DNA of 64,000 nt from Macrostomum lignano. Lineage: Eukaryota. The notes below the pieces were generated by a model, which was given only the letters and a program-made list of their open reading frames with translations, did not search any database and was not told where the DNA came from. Below, piece after piece: positions 24,140 through 35,906 of the stretch. The stretch's first letter is position 1. Each line of letters opens with the position of its first letter. The stretch spans positions 682,001-746,000 of the forward strand of contig NIVC01000217.1 in assembly GCA_002269645.1 (NCBI GenBank), read 5' to 3'. A program made the position numbers and the translations under genes.

Positions 24140-26153
24140 CTTAAGTTGGCATTGATGGTAATTCCCAGGGTTTAGGACCTGATCCCGCCGCTTCTGGCAC
24201 CACTGGAAGATCTTGTAGATGTAGTGAATAAAGGAGAGCGGCGCGGGTACGGGACTGCAGCTCTGGTATTCGCGAAGCAGTTCAACGTTTCTTTTTCTCC
24301 AGATTTCCACCGACTTGCTGTCCATCCGGCTGACAGTCAGGCTGAACCGGGCGATCAGCAAGTTGATCATCACGATATTCGAGAGCAGTAGGAAGACGAA
24401 CATCATAACTCTGCTGAACCACTTGTAACCAAGGTGGTGCGCCACTTCTCCCAGTACCTGATCCTTATCTTTAGCCGTCTCAGTGGGAAGAACGTCAAAG
24501 TTGGTGAAGAGCAGGTTTAGCGGCAGCATGAACACCTGCAGAAAGGCATGCCAGCTGTAGTCAGACATGCTTCTGTCAGCTTCGGTCGAGGTGACAACCG
24601 GATACAGCAGGTTGAAGAAGAAAACTCCGAACGAATAAAATATGATCACAATAATGACAGAGAAAGGAATCAAGTCCTGGATGATCAAAGTCCTGAGCAT
24701 GGACACCACCGGACCGATTCGCTCCGAGTAGCCGAGGAAGGCGACAGATCGAAACCCCCAGAGCAGGAACGCGGTGCTCAGCACCATCTGGCAGGCGTAA
24801 GCGCTGTACGGAGTCGGCTGGGTCCACGTTCGATTAGCTGACGTACCGCGGAAGAGTGCCTGGTAGGCCGTTGAGTTGGTCTCGCTGCACATGGAGGAGC
24901 TTTCCACCCCTGTGACATAGTCGAAGATGCAGCCCCACATGGCAAGCTTCAGCAGCAGCCCGGCCCACATCAATATTAAGGCGGAACAGTCGAGTAGGTT
25001 GAGCACATCCTTGAAGTACACAGGGCACTTTACTTTAAAGTCGCATAAGTAAAGACGATCGATTCTGCTTCTTTTGCAGATGTCCAAAACCTCTTGCAAA
25101 GAAAAGGACAGAAAATAGGCTGCCAGAATGAATTCTACTGGCCAAAGTCGAAACGTTCTCGGAAGGTCCATAATGTACCAGGCGAAGAAGATGTTAAAGG
25201 TGATGAAAGAGAAAAGATGGATGTAAAATTTAATTTTTGGCTTTACGTATGGCTCTTGGAAGCATCTTTCTCCGCACGACTGAACTTCGTTGCCTATAGT
25301 CTCGTTGGATTTCTGGGGACTGTTGTTGGCTTCTGTCCGACCATCGTAATCATAAGAGTTGGCTTTCTTGGATTGCGCTCCGCAACACAGACAAGCGGCT
25401 CCAGGCGGGTCCCATTCTTCATTGATCAACCTGTGCAAGCACTCGGTGGCGTACAGATCTCCCTCTCCACACATGTCTATCATCTCCAACAGGGTGAAAT
25501 ATTTCCGTGTGTTTGCGCCTAGTTGGCATGGGAACTTTGGGCCTTTGGTGTCGTGATCATTGTCCGGAATCGATCCTTTAATGTAGCCAAAGAGCAGCTG
25601 CTTCTGGCTTTCGCTTGCTCTGAAGTAGAGCTCGTCAAGACAGTTCATAGCCAAGTTTGAAACATCAGCGTATAGCTTTTTCAGCTTCTTTTCATTCCCT
25701 TTCTTTGAGGCAATTTTCGGTCTCAATTTTATGAGCAAGCTGATGCAAGCGGGCAGCAGGTCGTGCCGTCTGGAACGAACCAGCTCAAGCAGAATGTCCA
25801 CTTTGTCGATAGCAATAGCCACGTCGACTATAGAGAGCTCGGAAAATTTATCCAATTCTACTTTCCCAAGCTTGTTATTGTCTGATTGCGAAAGCTTGGC
25901 CTTGATGAGTGGAGTTTTATCATCGATAATTAATTCGACCAATCTTTTTTGTCTCATTGGTGATCGTATTTTGTTGACGAGCCAGGCGATACTCCTCGGG
26001 ACGATCTTTCACGATGATGTCGAGCAGAGTTTCTACATCTAAATCCAAGCCTTCTCCATCCTGCAGCTCGGGAAGCTGCTGGATCTCGTCTTCCTGTGTC
26101 CCAGTGGAGCCAGCCTCAGCGTCAGAGTCCGGCTTGGATTCTTCAGAGCTCAT
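24140..26153 (-). CDS. Short TRPM-like cation channel, main exon (copy 1), with an apparent +1 frameshift at the T6 run 25945-25950
   Basis: Six hydrophobic segments; S3 LNLLD; S4-S5 IGPVVSML...DLIPF; S6 NIVMINLLIA; TRP-helix IW....LLREY..SPVPAPL; N-terminal LLDIIVKDRPEEYRL resembling the TRPM DRPEFVRL motif. Donor AAG|gtaagc at 24140/24139. Confidence 0.85.
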
Positions 26154-28080
26154 TGTGAATTCTTCGACACGATGTTATGCAGCAATGGTAGTTGACCTTT
26201 ACTGACCCTTATGGCTGTGCGCCTTACCGGACCTGCAGTTTGGTGGGTGAATTTGTAATTTAGCCTGGTATATTGACTCTGTTATACTGCATTGATGCTC
26301 TGCATATCCATGGATGACGGTGTAGACGCATGCACATCAAAGCTACTGTCATCAGAGACCACTGGTGATACGAAAACGCCATCACGTAGCCAGGCCAAGT
26401 TTTAATGGGGGGACGAATCTTTTCCCCAGGAGCTTTAGCAACAGAGGCTTTAGCACCAGAGGCTTTAGCACCAGTTTCTTAAGACACCAGGGCACCATCA
26501 CTTACAGGCTCTAAAGTTACATTAGTTTTGAAAAGCTGCAACATACTCTGGCCTTATAGCCAGAGTGCCAGGGGAACCAGAGGGTCCGCGGTCCCTCCCC
26601 TTCCAGCAGGCTTGGCGCCCCCCCCCCTCGACAGCAGGCTGAGACATGCCTCATAAAAAATCCTTGCTCAAACTACGCCTGTGATAAAGCTAGTAGTATT
26701 AAATAAACGGCTTAACATTTAAGCCGCGTGGTAGCGTGAGTTCGGGGCTAGCTGTTGACGATTATATACCTTAGTACCATTGTCTTAATTTCGGAAGCAT
26801 GTTATTGATTTCAACAGTTCAAATAGTAAAGTTTAAGAAAAGGCAAAACTTACGTTGTTCGTATAAATATAAAGCCAGCACAAACTGGCCAAACTAGCGC
26901 GACGGCTGAACTGCAACGGCAATGAGCAAATGAGCAACGGCTGAAAAGTGAAGCTGCCCCCCCCGGCGTCCTATTATACTGTGAGAAAAAGGGAACTTCA
27001 GTTTTGTTCGCTTATCATTTTGTTTATTTGAACTCAGTAAAAGATCGAGCTAATGGGCCTCAGATCTAAACAGTCATAGAGCAGCTCGAGACAGTATACT
27101 GAACATTACCCTAGTCATGAATAGCAAGCGTATACGCTCGACTATACTCTTAAGTGTTGTTGTGCTTCTCTGGTGTCCCGCGCCAAGCCTCTCCAGTCTG
27201 TCTTAAGTCACCTAGCTCGCACCTCACCCTGCCGCACTTGAATTACACGATGTACTGTATCAATAAAACTGGTAAATATAATGAAATTGATGGCCAAGTG
27301 GGGGCATGCCATGCCATTCTTCCCTCGGCCATGCAGGCGCGTTGACTACTTTCTAAACTCTACCTTGTAACAAGTGCGCGGTGTCTTGTCTGGCGAGCGC
27401 TCGTGTGGATGGACGCACAAAAAACAGTCAACAACAAATTGCAAAAGACAAAACTTATCATAAGTTCTCATACAGACTCTCAGCCCCATATAGGTACAGT
27501 TGTACGCAAACACACGAGTTAACAGTCACAGTGATATTAAAACTTAAGTCGCATGCACCATCTAGTTCGAGAGTGTTTGCGAAAGGCACGAAACGCTCGT
27601 AATAATAAAAACTATGCTTTAATGTTCCAAACTGCTCGAGAAGGGCAACGGGGGTAAAAATATGTACAGAAAATAAATATACTCAGCAACAAACAAGTAG
27701 AAAAGTCTTCATCAAAGAAAATTCCATCTGTGGTCGCCACTTTTGAGAGTGCGGGTAAAGTCTCTCAATCTTTGCGAGTGACTCAACTTGCTAAGGCCGC
27801 GGCAGACTTGAGTTGAGGAATGAAGTGTGCGAGGCTTGGACGGATTAAAGCTACCCCGATCAGTTTTCTCGTATCTTTTATTTCAGAATAATCCAAGAGA
27901 AATTGCTCACTGGCGCATAGAGTGGCGACTTTGCAATGTTTTCAAGTTTCGATTTTTCGAGGCATATACCCAGTGTGAATTACGCAGTTCGAAGCCTTGA
28001 CTATTGCCGTGACATTGCGCTTCTTTTGCTGTGCTTTATAAGTACTTCTTTTTTGTAACCATGGGGGTTGTAAGAAAGTA

Positions 28081-28380
28081 GGGGGTTGTAGCCGAGTGGT
28101 TAGAGCGCCGGGACTCACGACTTGAAGGTCGGGGGTTCGATTCCCTATTCCACAAGAACAATTTGTGTCCTTGAGCAGGACACTCTTAACTCTGCATTGC
28201 TACAGTTCACCCAGCTGTAAAATGGGTGCCAGCATTAGCTGGGGTAATTGAGGGTGTGTGGCGACCCCCCAGTCCTTGGACTGAACAGCCGTACGCAGCC
28301 TTCAGATGCGCCGAGCAATTTATAGCTGTGGGTTGCACATCTGGCGCAATTTGGTGGGTATAATCAATTATCATTATTAT
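28081..28380 (+). mobile_element. tRNA-derived SINE with CORE-like central domain
   Basis: A box tagccgagtgg and B box ggttcgattccc, then tgtgtccttgagcaggacactcttaactct...ctgtaaaatggg resembling the MIR/CORE block as recalled; (att)-rich tail. Confidence 0.75.
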
Positions 28381-29484
28381 AATTCGTAACTAAATATTGT
28401 TGTGACTATTCTGTTTGATCCGAGTGATTTGACGGTTTTTAAACAATTTGATTGTCAAAGCTTGATCAAAGTAAACGTCATGAAATACATTACAGTATTA
28501 ACTACTAAGTAAAATTATGGATTTCATCTTTGCTTATTATAGAAGATGGGCACGTTAGCTTTCAAATACATGTTGCTTATTCTATAAAAAAGAAACCAAG
28601 GACCACTAGACTTAAACTATAATATAGTAGCTTACAATGAAATAGTAACAGTTTTATACGGTATTAGTAAAGACAGCTTTAATTGCTACTTTAAGTAATG
28701 CTTTATGAGCGCAAAGAATATTAAATAATAATTCAGCATTTGCGAAGAAGAGGTAACAATTTGGCCGATATGAAAGTCATTGAAAAATCTTTCAAGAGTT
28801 GCCTGTCACAGACCTGAACATAGCTCTTATCAGTAATAATGGAGCTTAACGTCCAAAAGTTTATACCGTTGGTGTACAGTATTAACTTTTTAAGTGCTCT
28901 TTAAGAGATAAATCTTGCTTAGGCAACGTTTTTGTATCACAATTTAAATTTGCCTACGAAGTATCGATCGACAGGGAAATACATTTAAAAAAATTTTGTT
29001 TAAAAGTTAAAGAAAAAATAGTAATAGAAATAGAAAGATTATCGATTAAGATTGATTCCAGCTTGAATATTAGTAGCAAGAGCAAATATCGTGGCATCAA
29101 AATAAAAAATGAAAAAAAATGATTACATATAAATTTATCAGTTACGTGTATTACGCTTAATCAAACATGCCAAAGGGTACAGGAATAAAAGAAAAGAGCG
29201 CATAAAAGTAGAGACTAAAAAATTAACCGACTTCACGTCCTTTCAGTTCCTGTCGGCATAAGTCCTGTCTTTAAAAGACTTAGCTGTACACCATAATGTA
29301 ACTGCATTGCACATACTTGCTAGATTGACCCAGCTATGGGTGTAACCCATAATTTATAATATAATATAAATTATGGGTGTAATTTATAATATAAACTGCA
29401 CATACCACACGTGACCATTCATTATACAGTTTTACCTATTAGAATGAGCACGCAAATCTATATTTAAAGCCTGTGGTCAGCCGT

Positions 29485-29552
29485 AGGGGTAGCCTATAGG
29501 GGTCTATAGCGCGTCGTTCTGATGTGCCAGCGTCCCAGGCTCGATTCCAAGT
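29485..29552 (+). other. Degenerate tRNA-like/SINE head (also at about +7526)
   Basis: A-box-like gggtagccta and B-box-like ggctcgattcc at tRNA-like spacing; a cloverleaf is not demonstrable. Confidence 0.25.
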
Positions 29553-29918
29553 TTAACGCCTTTGTGGGCCAACCCCAAATCTCAGTGAAGTGTACATGCC
29601 TAACGATTAAATCAATTTAGGACCGCTGTACACTCCTGGGTGAGTTTGTGACTGTGCGTATGACTCCGATATGTATCCGCGCACTTGTGTGCCAGCTCAG
29701 GGGAGTCGGCGCGAGGAATGGGCAGTAAATGCCTTTCGCCGGTTGTGTGACAATGTCGCTTAAAGTGCGCCCCGTTAAACACAGACCCACTGACTCTAAC
29801 TAAGTCAGGAGATGAAAGTTCTGCTGACAAGTGGCATATTGAATATTTTTTCCAAAAGTTCGATAATGCAAATAAAATGATCGTTGCTCAAATTCGATGA
29901 GTCTATGGATTTTTTCTT

Positions 29919-30935
29919 TTAAGTGTCTTGGCAAAAGTTGTCCAGCTGCTGCAGCTCAGCCTCCGTGAGCGCCTCCTTGGCTATAGCGTAACAAATCATC
30001 CGGCCTTGAAGAGCAGCACCAGAATCGGTTGAGTAGCCAAGACGCAAGCAGCTGGGAGTTCCAGACGGATTGTAGCCGGTACTAACGCCAGGACCAATGA
30101 AAGATCCATTCAGATAAAAGTTATTTAGACTGCCAACAGAGAACACAGCTCCGACGGATGCTAATTGAAGAGTGCCATCTGCCAGCAGCACTGCACTACT
30201 GCTGCTCTGAGAGACAAAAGTTGCATCGTGATACGATAGATGTTCAACGAATAATCTACCGCCCTGTTCACCCAAGTAACCTCGCTTGTTGTTAGTCGAA
30301 CAATCATAGAAATGGTGATAGACTTGCGCATTGTGCGCATTTCTAAGTAACCTGACAAAGAAGGTAAAGCTTTTTGTCTTTGTCAGGAAGCTCGGGACGA
30401 GAGTGTTGCCATCGTTGTCAACTTCAATATAGCTACTAACTCCTCCTGGAAAATAGGCACCTGAGGAGGTCTGCGAGATGGTACCGTAAGGAGTGACATT
30501 ATACTTAGCCGGATTAACCAGGTTGCTGTAGCCCTGCCTGAAGTCGTACAGTAGAAGCAGTTTCGAAGCCAGTGCGGAATCGAGTCCAGGCACTTGAGGC
30601 GCGGCTGCAGCGGTTGCCGCATTCTTGAAGTAGCTCACACATCCAGCAGCTGCAGGTGGGCTGGCGGGTGTAAAAATTGAACTCAGCTGAAATGCAGTGC
30701 CAAAATAGCAAATACCTTCCTGGCTTCGGTAAGTGGCCGCGCAGTCGGTTCTGGTTGCACATTTGTACACGCAGAGCTCTACCGAATGACTTCCTTCTAG
30801 CTTTTGTAGCTGTGAGATTTTCGCAGTTTCTGGGCACTTGTCCGTTTTAGCGAACTTTATAGAACTGGTCGGAGAGCAGCCGTGAGCAGTTGTCACAGCT
30901 GACCAAAGAATCAGGGGGAATAACACAGCCTGCAT
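29919..30935 (-). CDS. Secreted PAN/apple-like + LamG/ConA-like protein (intact, single exon, 338 aa)
   Basis: ATG at 30935 with signal peptide MQAVLFPLILWSAVTTAHG; CVYKCATRTDC; LLLYDF, GAYFPGG..YIEV, SFTF, FYLNG, LRLG and a terminal ALTEAELQQL helix typical of LamG3-like domains. Confidence 0.85.
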   Translation of the reverse strand: MQAVLFPLILWSAVTTAHGCSPTSSIKFAKTDKCPETAKISQLQKLEGSHSVELCVYKCATRTDCAATYRSQEGICYFGTAFQLSSIFTPASPPAAAGCVSYFKNAATAAAAPQVPGLDSALASKLLLLYDFRQGYSNLVNPAKYNVTPYGTISQTSSGAYFPGGVSSYIEVDNDGNTLVPSFLTKTKSFTFFVRLLRNAHNAQVYHHFYDCSTNNKRGYLGEQGGRLFVEHLSYHDATFVSQSSSSAVLLADGTLQLASVGAVFSVGSLNNFYLNGSFIGPGVSTGYNPSGTPSCLRLGYSTDSGAALQGRMICYAIAKEALTEAELQQLDNFCQDT

Positions 30936-31162
30936 TCTGTTGTTAGCTCGATCTGTATGCGTTGTGTCAGTAGAGAGTTGGCTTGCTAAGCAGTCTGGCA
31001 CTTGAAATTAATCGCTTTAGAGATGCTTCCATGAAAGTCGCCCAGGGCAACCAAGAGTAGCTTTGGTCTGCCAGCCAATTGAAGAGCTCATGTGACCAGT
31101 GCTGCTCAGCCACTAGTGAGTTTACTGTTGGAATAAGACAGGTTTTGGGGTATACCACAACA

Positions 31163-33677
31163 TCAAGCGCCCACTTCTATGTACATGCAGGGCAGGGGCG
31201 TATAGGTATGAGGGCAGGGGGCCGCGGACCCTCTATTAAGCTGGCAGAAATGATGGAGTCTCTTAAGATGGTGTCCCTTACGATGGCGTCCCTTACGATG
31301 GCGTCCCTTACGATGGCGTCCCTTACGATGGCGTCCCTTACGATGGCGTCCCTTACGATGGCGTCCCTTACGATGGCGTCCCTTACGATGGCGTCCCTTA
31401 CGATGGCGTCCCTTACGATGGCGTCCCTTACGATGGCGTCCCTTACGATGGCGTCCCTTACGATGGCGTCCCTTACGATGGCGTCCCTTACGATGGCGTC
31501 CCTTACGATGGCGTCCCTTACGATGGCGTCCCTTACGATGGCGTCCCTTACGATGGCGTCCCTTACGATGGCGTCCCTTACGATGGCGTCCCTTACGATG
31601 GCGTCCCTTACGATGGCGTCCCTTACGATGGCGTCCCTTACGATGGCTATCCCAGGCATTGATGGTAAGTTGGCATTGATGGTAATTCCCAGGGTTTAGG
31701 ACCTGATCCCGCCGCTTCTGGCACCACTGGAAGATCTTGTAGATGTAGTGAATAAAGGAGAGCGGCGCGGGTACGGGACTGCAGCTCTGGTATTCGCGAA
31801 GCAGTTCAACGTTTCTTTTTCTCCAGATTTCCACCGACTTGCTGTCCATCCGGCTGACAGTCAGGCTGAACCGGGCGATCAGCAAGTTGATCATCACGAT
31901 ATTCGAGAGCAGTAGGAAGACGAACATCATAACTCTGCTGAACCACTTGTAACCAAGGTGGTGCGCCACTTCTCCCAGTACCTGATCCTTATCTTTAGCC
32001 GTCTCAGTGGGAAGAACGTCAAAGTTGGTGAAGAGCAGGTTTAGCGGCAGCATGAACACCTGCAGAAAGGCATGCCAGCTGTAGTCAGACATGCTTCTGT
32101 CAGCTTCGGTCGAGGTGACAACCGGATACAGCAGGTTGAAGAAGAAAACTCCGAACGAATAAAATATGATCACAATAATGACAGAGAAAGGAATCAAGTC
32201 CTGGATGATCAAAGTCCTGAGCATGGACACCACCGGACCGATTCGCTCCGAGTAGCCGAGGAAGGCGACAGATCGAAACCCCCAGAGCAGGAACGCGGTG
32301 CTCAGCACCATCTGGCAGGCGTAAGCGCTGTACGGAGTCGGCTGGGTCCACGTTCGATTAGCTGACGTACCGCGGAAGAGTGCCTGGTAGGCCGTTGAGT
32401 TGGTCTCGCTGCACATGGAGGAGCTTTCCACCCCTGTGACATAGTCGAAGATGCAGCCCCACATGGCAAGCTTCAGCAGCAGCCCGGCCCACATCAATAT
32501 TAAGGCGGAACAGTCGAGTAGGTTGAGCACATCCTTGAAGTACACAGGGCACTTTACTTTAAAGTCGCATAAGTAAAGACGATCGATTCTGCTTCTTTTG
32601 CAGATGTCCAAAACCTCTTGCAAAGAAAAGGACAGAAAATAGGCTGCCAGAATGAATTCTACTGGCCAAAGTCGAAACGTTCTCGGAAGGTCCATAATGT
32701 ACCAGGCGAAGAAGATGTTAAAGGTGATGAAAGAGAAAAGATGGATGTAAAATTTAATTTTTGGCTTTACGTATGGCTCTTGGAAGCATCTTTCTCCGCA
32801 CGACTGAACTTCGTTGCCTATAGTCTCGTTGGATTTCTGGGGACTGTTGTTGGCTTCTGTCCGACCATCGTAATCATAAGAGTTGGCTTTCTTGGATTGC
32901 GCTCCGCAACACAGACAAGCGGCTCCAGGCGGGTCCCATTCTTCATTGATCAACCTGTGCAAGCACTCGGTGGCGTACAGATCTCCCTCTCCACACATGT
33001 CTATCATCTCCAACAGGGTGAAATATTTCCGTGTGTTTGCGCCTAGTTGGCATGGGAACTTTGGGCCTTTGGTGTCGTGATCATTGTCCGGAATCGATCC
33101 TTTAATGTAGCCAAAGAGCAGCTGCTTCTGGCTTTCGCTTGCTCTGAAGTAGAGCTCGTCAAGACAGTTCATAGCCAAGTTTGAAACATCAGCGTATAGC
33201 TTTTTCAGCTTCTTTTCATTCCCTTTCTTTGAGGCAATTTTCGGTCTCAATTTTATGAGCAAGCTGATGCAAGCGGGCAGCAGGTCGTGCCGTCTGGAAC
33301 GAACCAGCTCAAGCAGAATGTCCACTTTGTCGATAGCAATAGCCACGTCGACTATAGAGAGCTCGGAAAATTTATCCAATTCTACTTTCCCAAGCTTGTT
33401 ATTGTCTGATTGCGAAAGCTTGGCCTTGATGAGTGGAGTTTTATCATCGATAATTAATTCGACCAATCTTTTTTGTCTCATTGGTGATCGTATTTTGTTG
33501 ACGAGCCAGGCGATACTCCTCGGGACGATCTTTCACGATGATGTCGAGCAGAGTTTCTACATCTAAATCCAAGCCTTCTCCATCCTGCAGCTCGGGAAGC
33601 TGCTGGATCTCGTCTTCCTGTGTCCCAGTGGAGCCAGCCTCAGCGTCAGAGTCCGGCTTGGATTCTTCAGAGCTCAT
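31163..33677 (-). CDS. TRPM-like channel copy 2: same frameshift (T6 33469-33474), lacks the splice donor and reads through into the 15-bp array, giving an (RKGRH)n tail
   Basis: Identical to copy 1 up to HQCQL, then TINAWDSH(RKGRH)n...IEVGA*. Confidence 0.7.
31268..31646. repeat. 15-bp minisatellite (atggcgtcccttacg), ~25 units
   Basis: Directly visible; unit count taken from the ORF length. Confidence 0.97.
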
Positions 33678-35606
33678 TGTGAATTCTTCGACACGATGTT
33701 ATGCAGCAATGGTAGTTGACCTTTACTGACCCTTATGGCTGTGCGCCTTACCGGACCTGCAGTTTGGTGGGTGAATTTGTAATTTAGCCTGGTATATTGA
33801 CTCTGTTATACTGCATTGATGCTCTGCATATCCATGGATGACGGTGTAGACGCATGCACATCAAAGCTACTGTCATCAGAGACCACTGGTGATACGAAAA
33901 CGCCATCACGTAGCCAGGCCAAGTTTTAATGGGGGGACGAATCTTTTCCCCAGGAGCTTTAGCAACAGAGGCTTTAGCACCAGAGGCTTTAGCACCAGTT
34001 TCTTAAGACACCAGGGCACCATCACTTACAGGCTCTAAAGTTACATTAGTTTTGAAAAGCTGCAACATACTCTGGCCTTATAGCCAGAGTGCCAGGGGAA
34101 CCAGAGGGTCCGCGGTCCCTCCCCTTCCAGCAGGCTTGGCGCCCCCCCCCCCCTCGACAGCAGGCTGAGACATGCCTCATAAAAAATCCTTGCTCAAACT
34201 ACGCCTGTGATAAAGCTAGTAGTATTAAATAAACGGCTTAACATTTAAGCCGCGTGGTAGCGTGAGTTCGGGGCTAGCTGTTGACGATTATATACCTTAG
34301 TACCATTGTCTTAATTTCGGAAGCATGTTATTGATTTCAACAGTTCAAATAGTAAAGTTTAAGAAAAGGCAAAACTTACGTTGTTCGTATAAATATAAAG
34401 CCAGCACAAACTGGCCAAACTAGCGCGACGGCTGAACTGCAACGGCAATGAGCAAATGAGCAACGGCTGAAAAGTGAAGCTGCCCCCCCCGGCGTCCTAT
34501 TATACTGTGAGAAAAAGGGAACTTCAGTTTTGTTCGCTTATCATTTTGTTTATTTGAACTCAGTAAAAGATCGAGCTAATGGGCCTCAGATCTAAACAGT
34601 CATAGAGCAGCTCGAGACAGTATACTGAACATTACCCTAGTCATGAATAGCAAGCGTATACGCTCGACTATACTCTTAAGTGTTGTTGTGCTTCTCTGGT
34701 GTCCCGCGCCAAGCCTCTCCAGTCTGTCTTAAGTCACCTAGCTCGCACCTCACCCTGCCGCACTTGAATTACACGATGTACTGTATCAATAAAACTGGTA
34801 AATATAATGAAATTGATGGCCAAGTGGGGGCATGCCATGCCATTCTTCCCTCGGCCATGCAGGCGCGTTGACTACTTTCTAAACTCTACCTTGTAACAAG
34901 TGCGCGGTGTCTTGTCTGGCGAGCGCTCGTGTGGATGGACGCACAAAAAACAGTCAACAACAAATTGCAAAAGACAAAACTTATCATAAGTTCTCATACA
35001 GACTCTCAGCCCCATATAGGTACAGTTGTACGCAAACACACGAGTTAACAGTCACAGTGATATTAAAACTTAAGTCGCATGCACCATCTAGTTCGAGAGT
35101 GTTTGCGAAAGGCACGAAACGCTCGTAATAATAAAAACTATGCTTTAATGTTCCAAACTGCTCGAGAAGGGCAACGGGGGTAAAAATATGTACAGAAAAT
35201 AAATATACTCAGCAACAAACAAGTAGAAAAGTCTTCATCAAAGAAAATTCCATCTGTGGTCGCCACTTTTGAGAGTGCGGGTAAAGTCTCTCAATCTTTG
35301 CGAGTGACTCAACTTGCTAAGGCCGCGGCAGACTTGAGTTGAGGAATGAAGTGTGCGAGGCTTGGACGGATTAAAGCTACCCCGATCAGTTTTCTCGTAT
35401 CTTTTATTTCAGAATAATCCAAGAGAAATTGCTCACTGGCGCATAGAGTGGCGACTTTGCAATGTTTTCAAGTTTCGATTTTTCGAGGCATATACCCAGT
35501 GTGAATTACGCAGTTCGAAGCCTTGACTATTGCCGTGACATTGCGCTTCTTTTGCTGTGCTTTATAAGTACTTCTTTTTTGTAACCATGGGGGTTGTAAG
35601 AAAGTA

Positions 35607-35906
35607 GGGGGTTGTAGCCGAGTGGTTAGAGCGCCGGGACTCACGACTTGAAGGTCGGGGGTTCGATTCCCTATTCCACAAGAACAATTTGTGTCCTTGA
35701 GCAGGACACTCTTAACTCTGCATTGCTACAGTTCACCCAGCTGTAAAATGGGTGCCAGCATTAGCTGGGGTAATTGAGGGTGTGTGGCGACCCCCCAGTC
35801 CTTGGACTGAACAGCCGTACGCAGCCTTCAGATGCGCCGAGCAATTTATAGCTGTGGGTTGCACATCTGGCGCAATTTGGTGGGTATAATCAATTATCAT
35901 TATTAT
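35607..35906 (+). mobile_element. Duplicated copy of the CORE-like tRNA-SINE
   Basis: Matches 28081-28380 at offset 7526. Confidence 0.75.

Noticed and set aside
28081-28155. Functional tRNA gene
   Set aside because: A and B boxes are present but there is no convincing acceptor stem, and the sequence continues into a SINE body.
31079-31699. (MASLT)n and (DAIVR)n ORFs (also 38605-39366)
   Set aside because: Alternative frames of the 15-bp array with no gene context.
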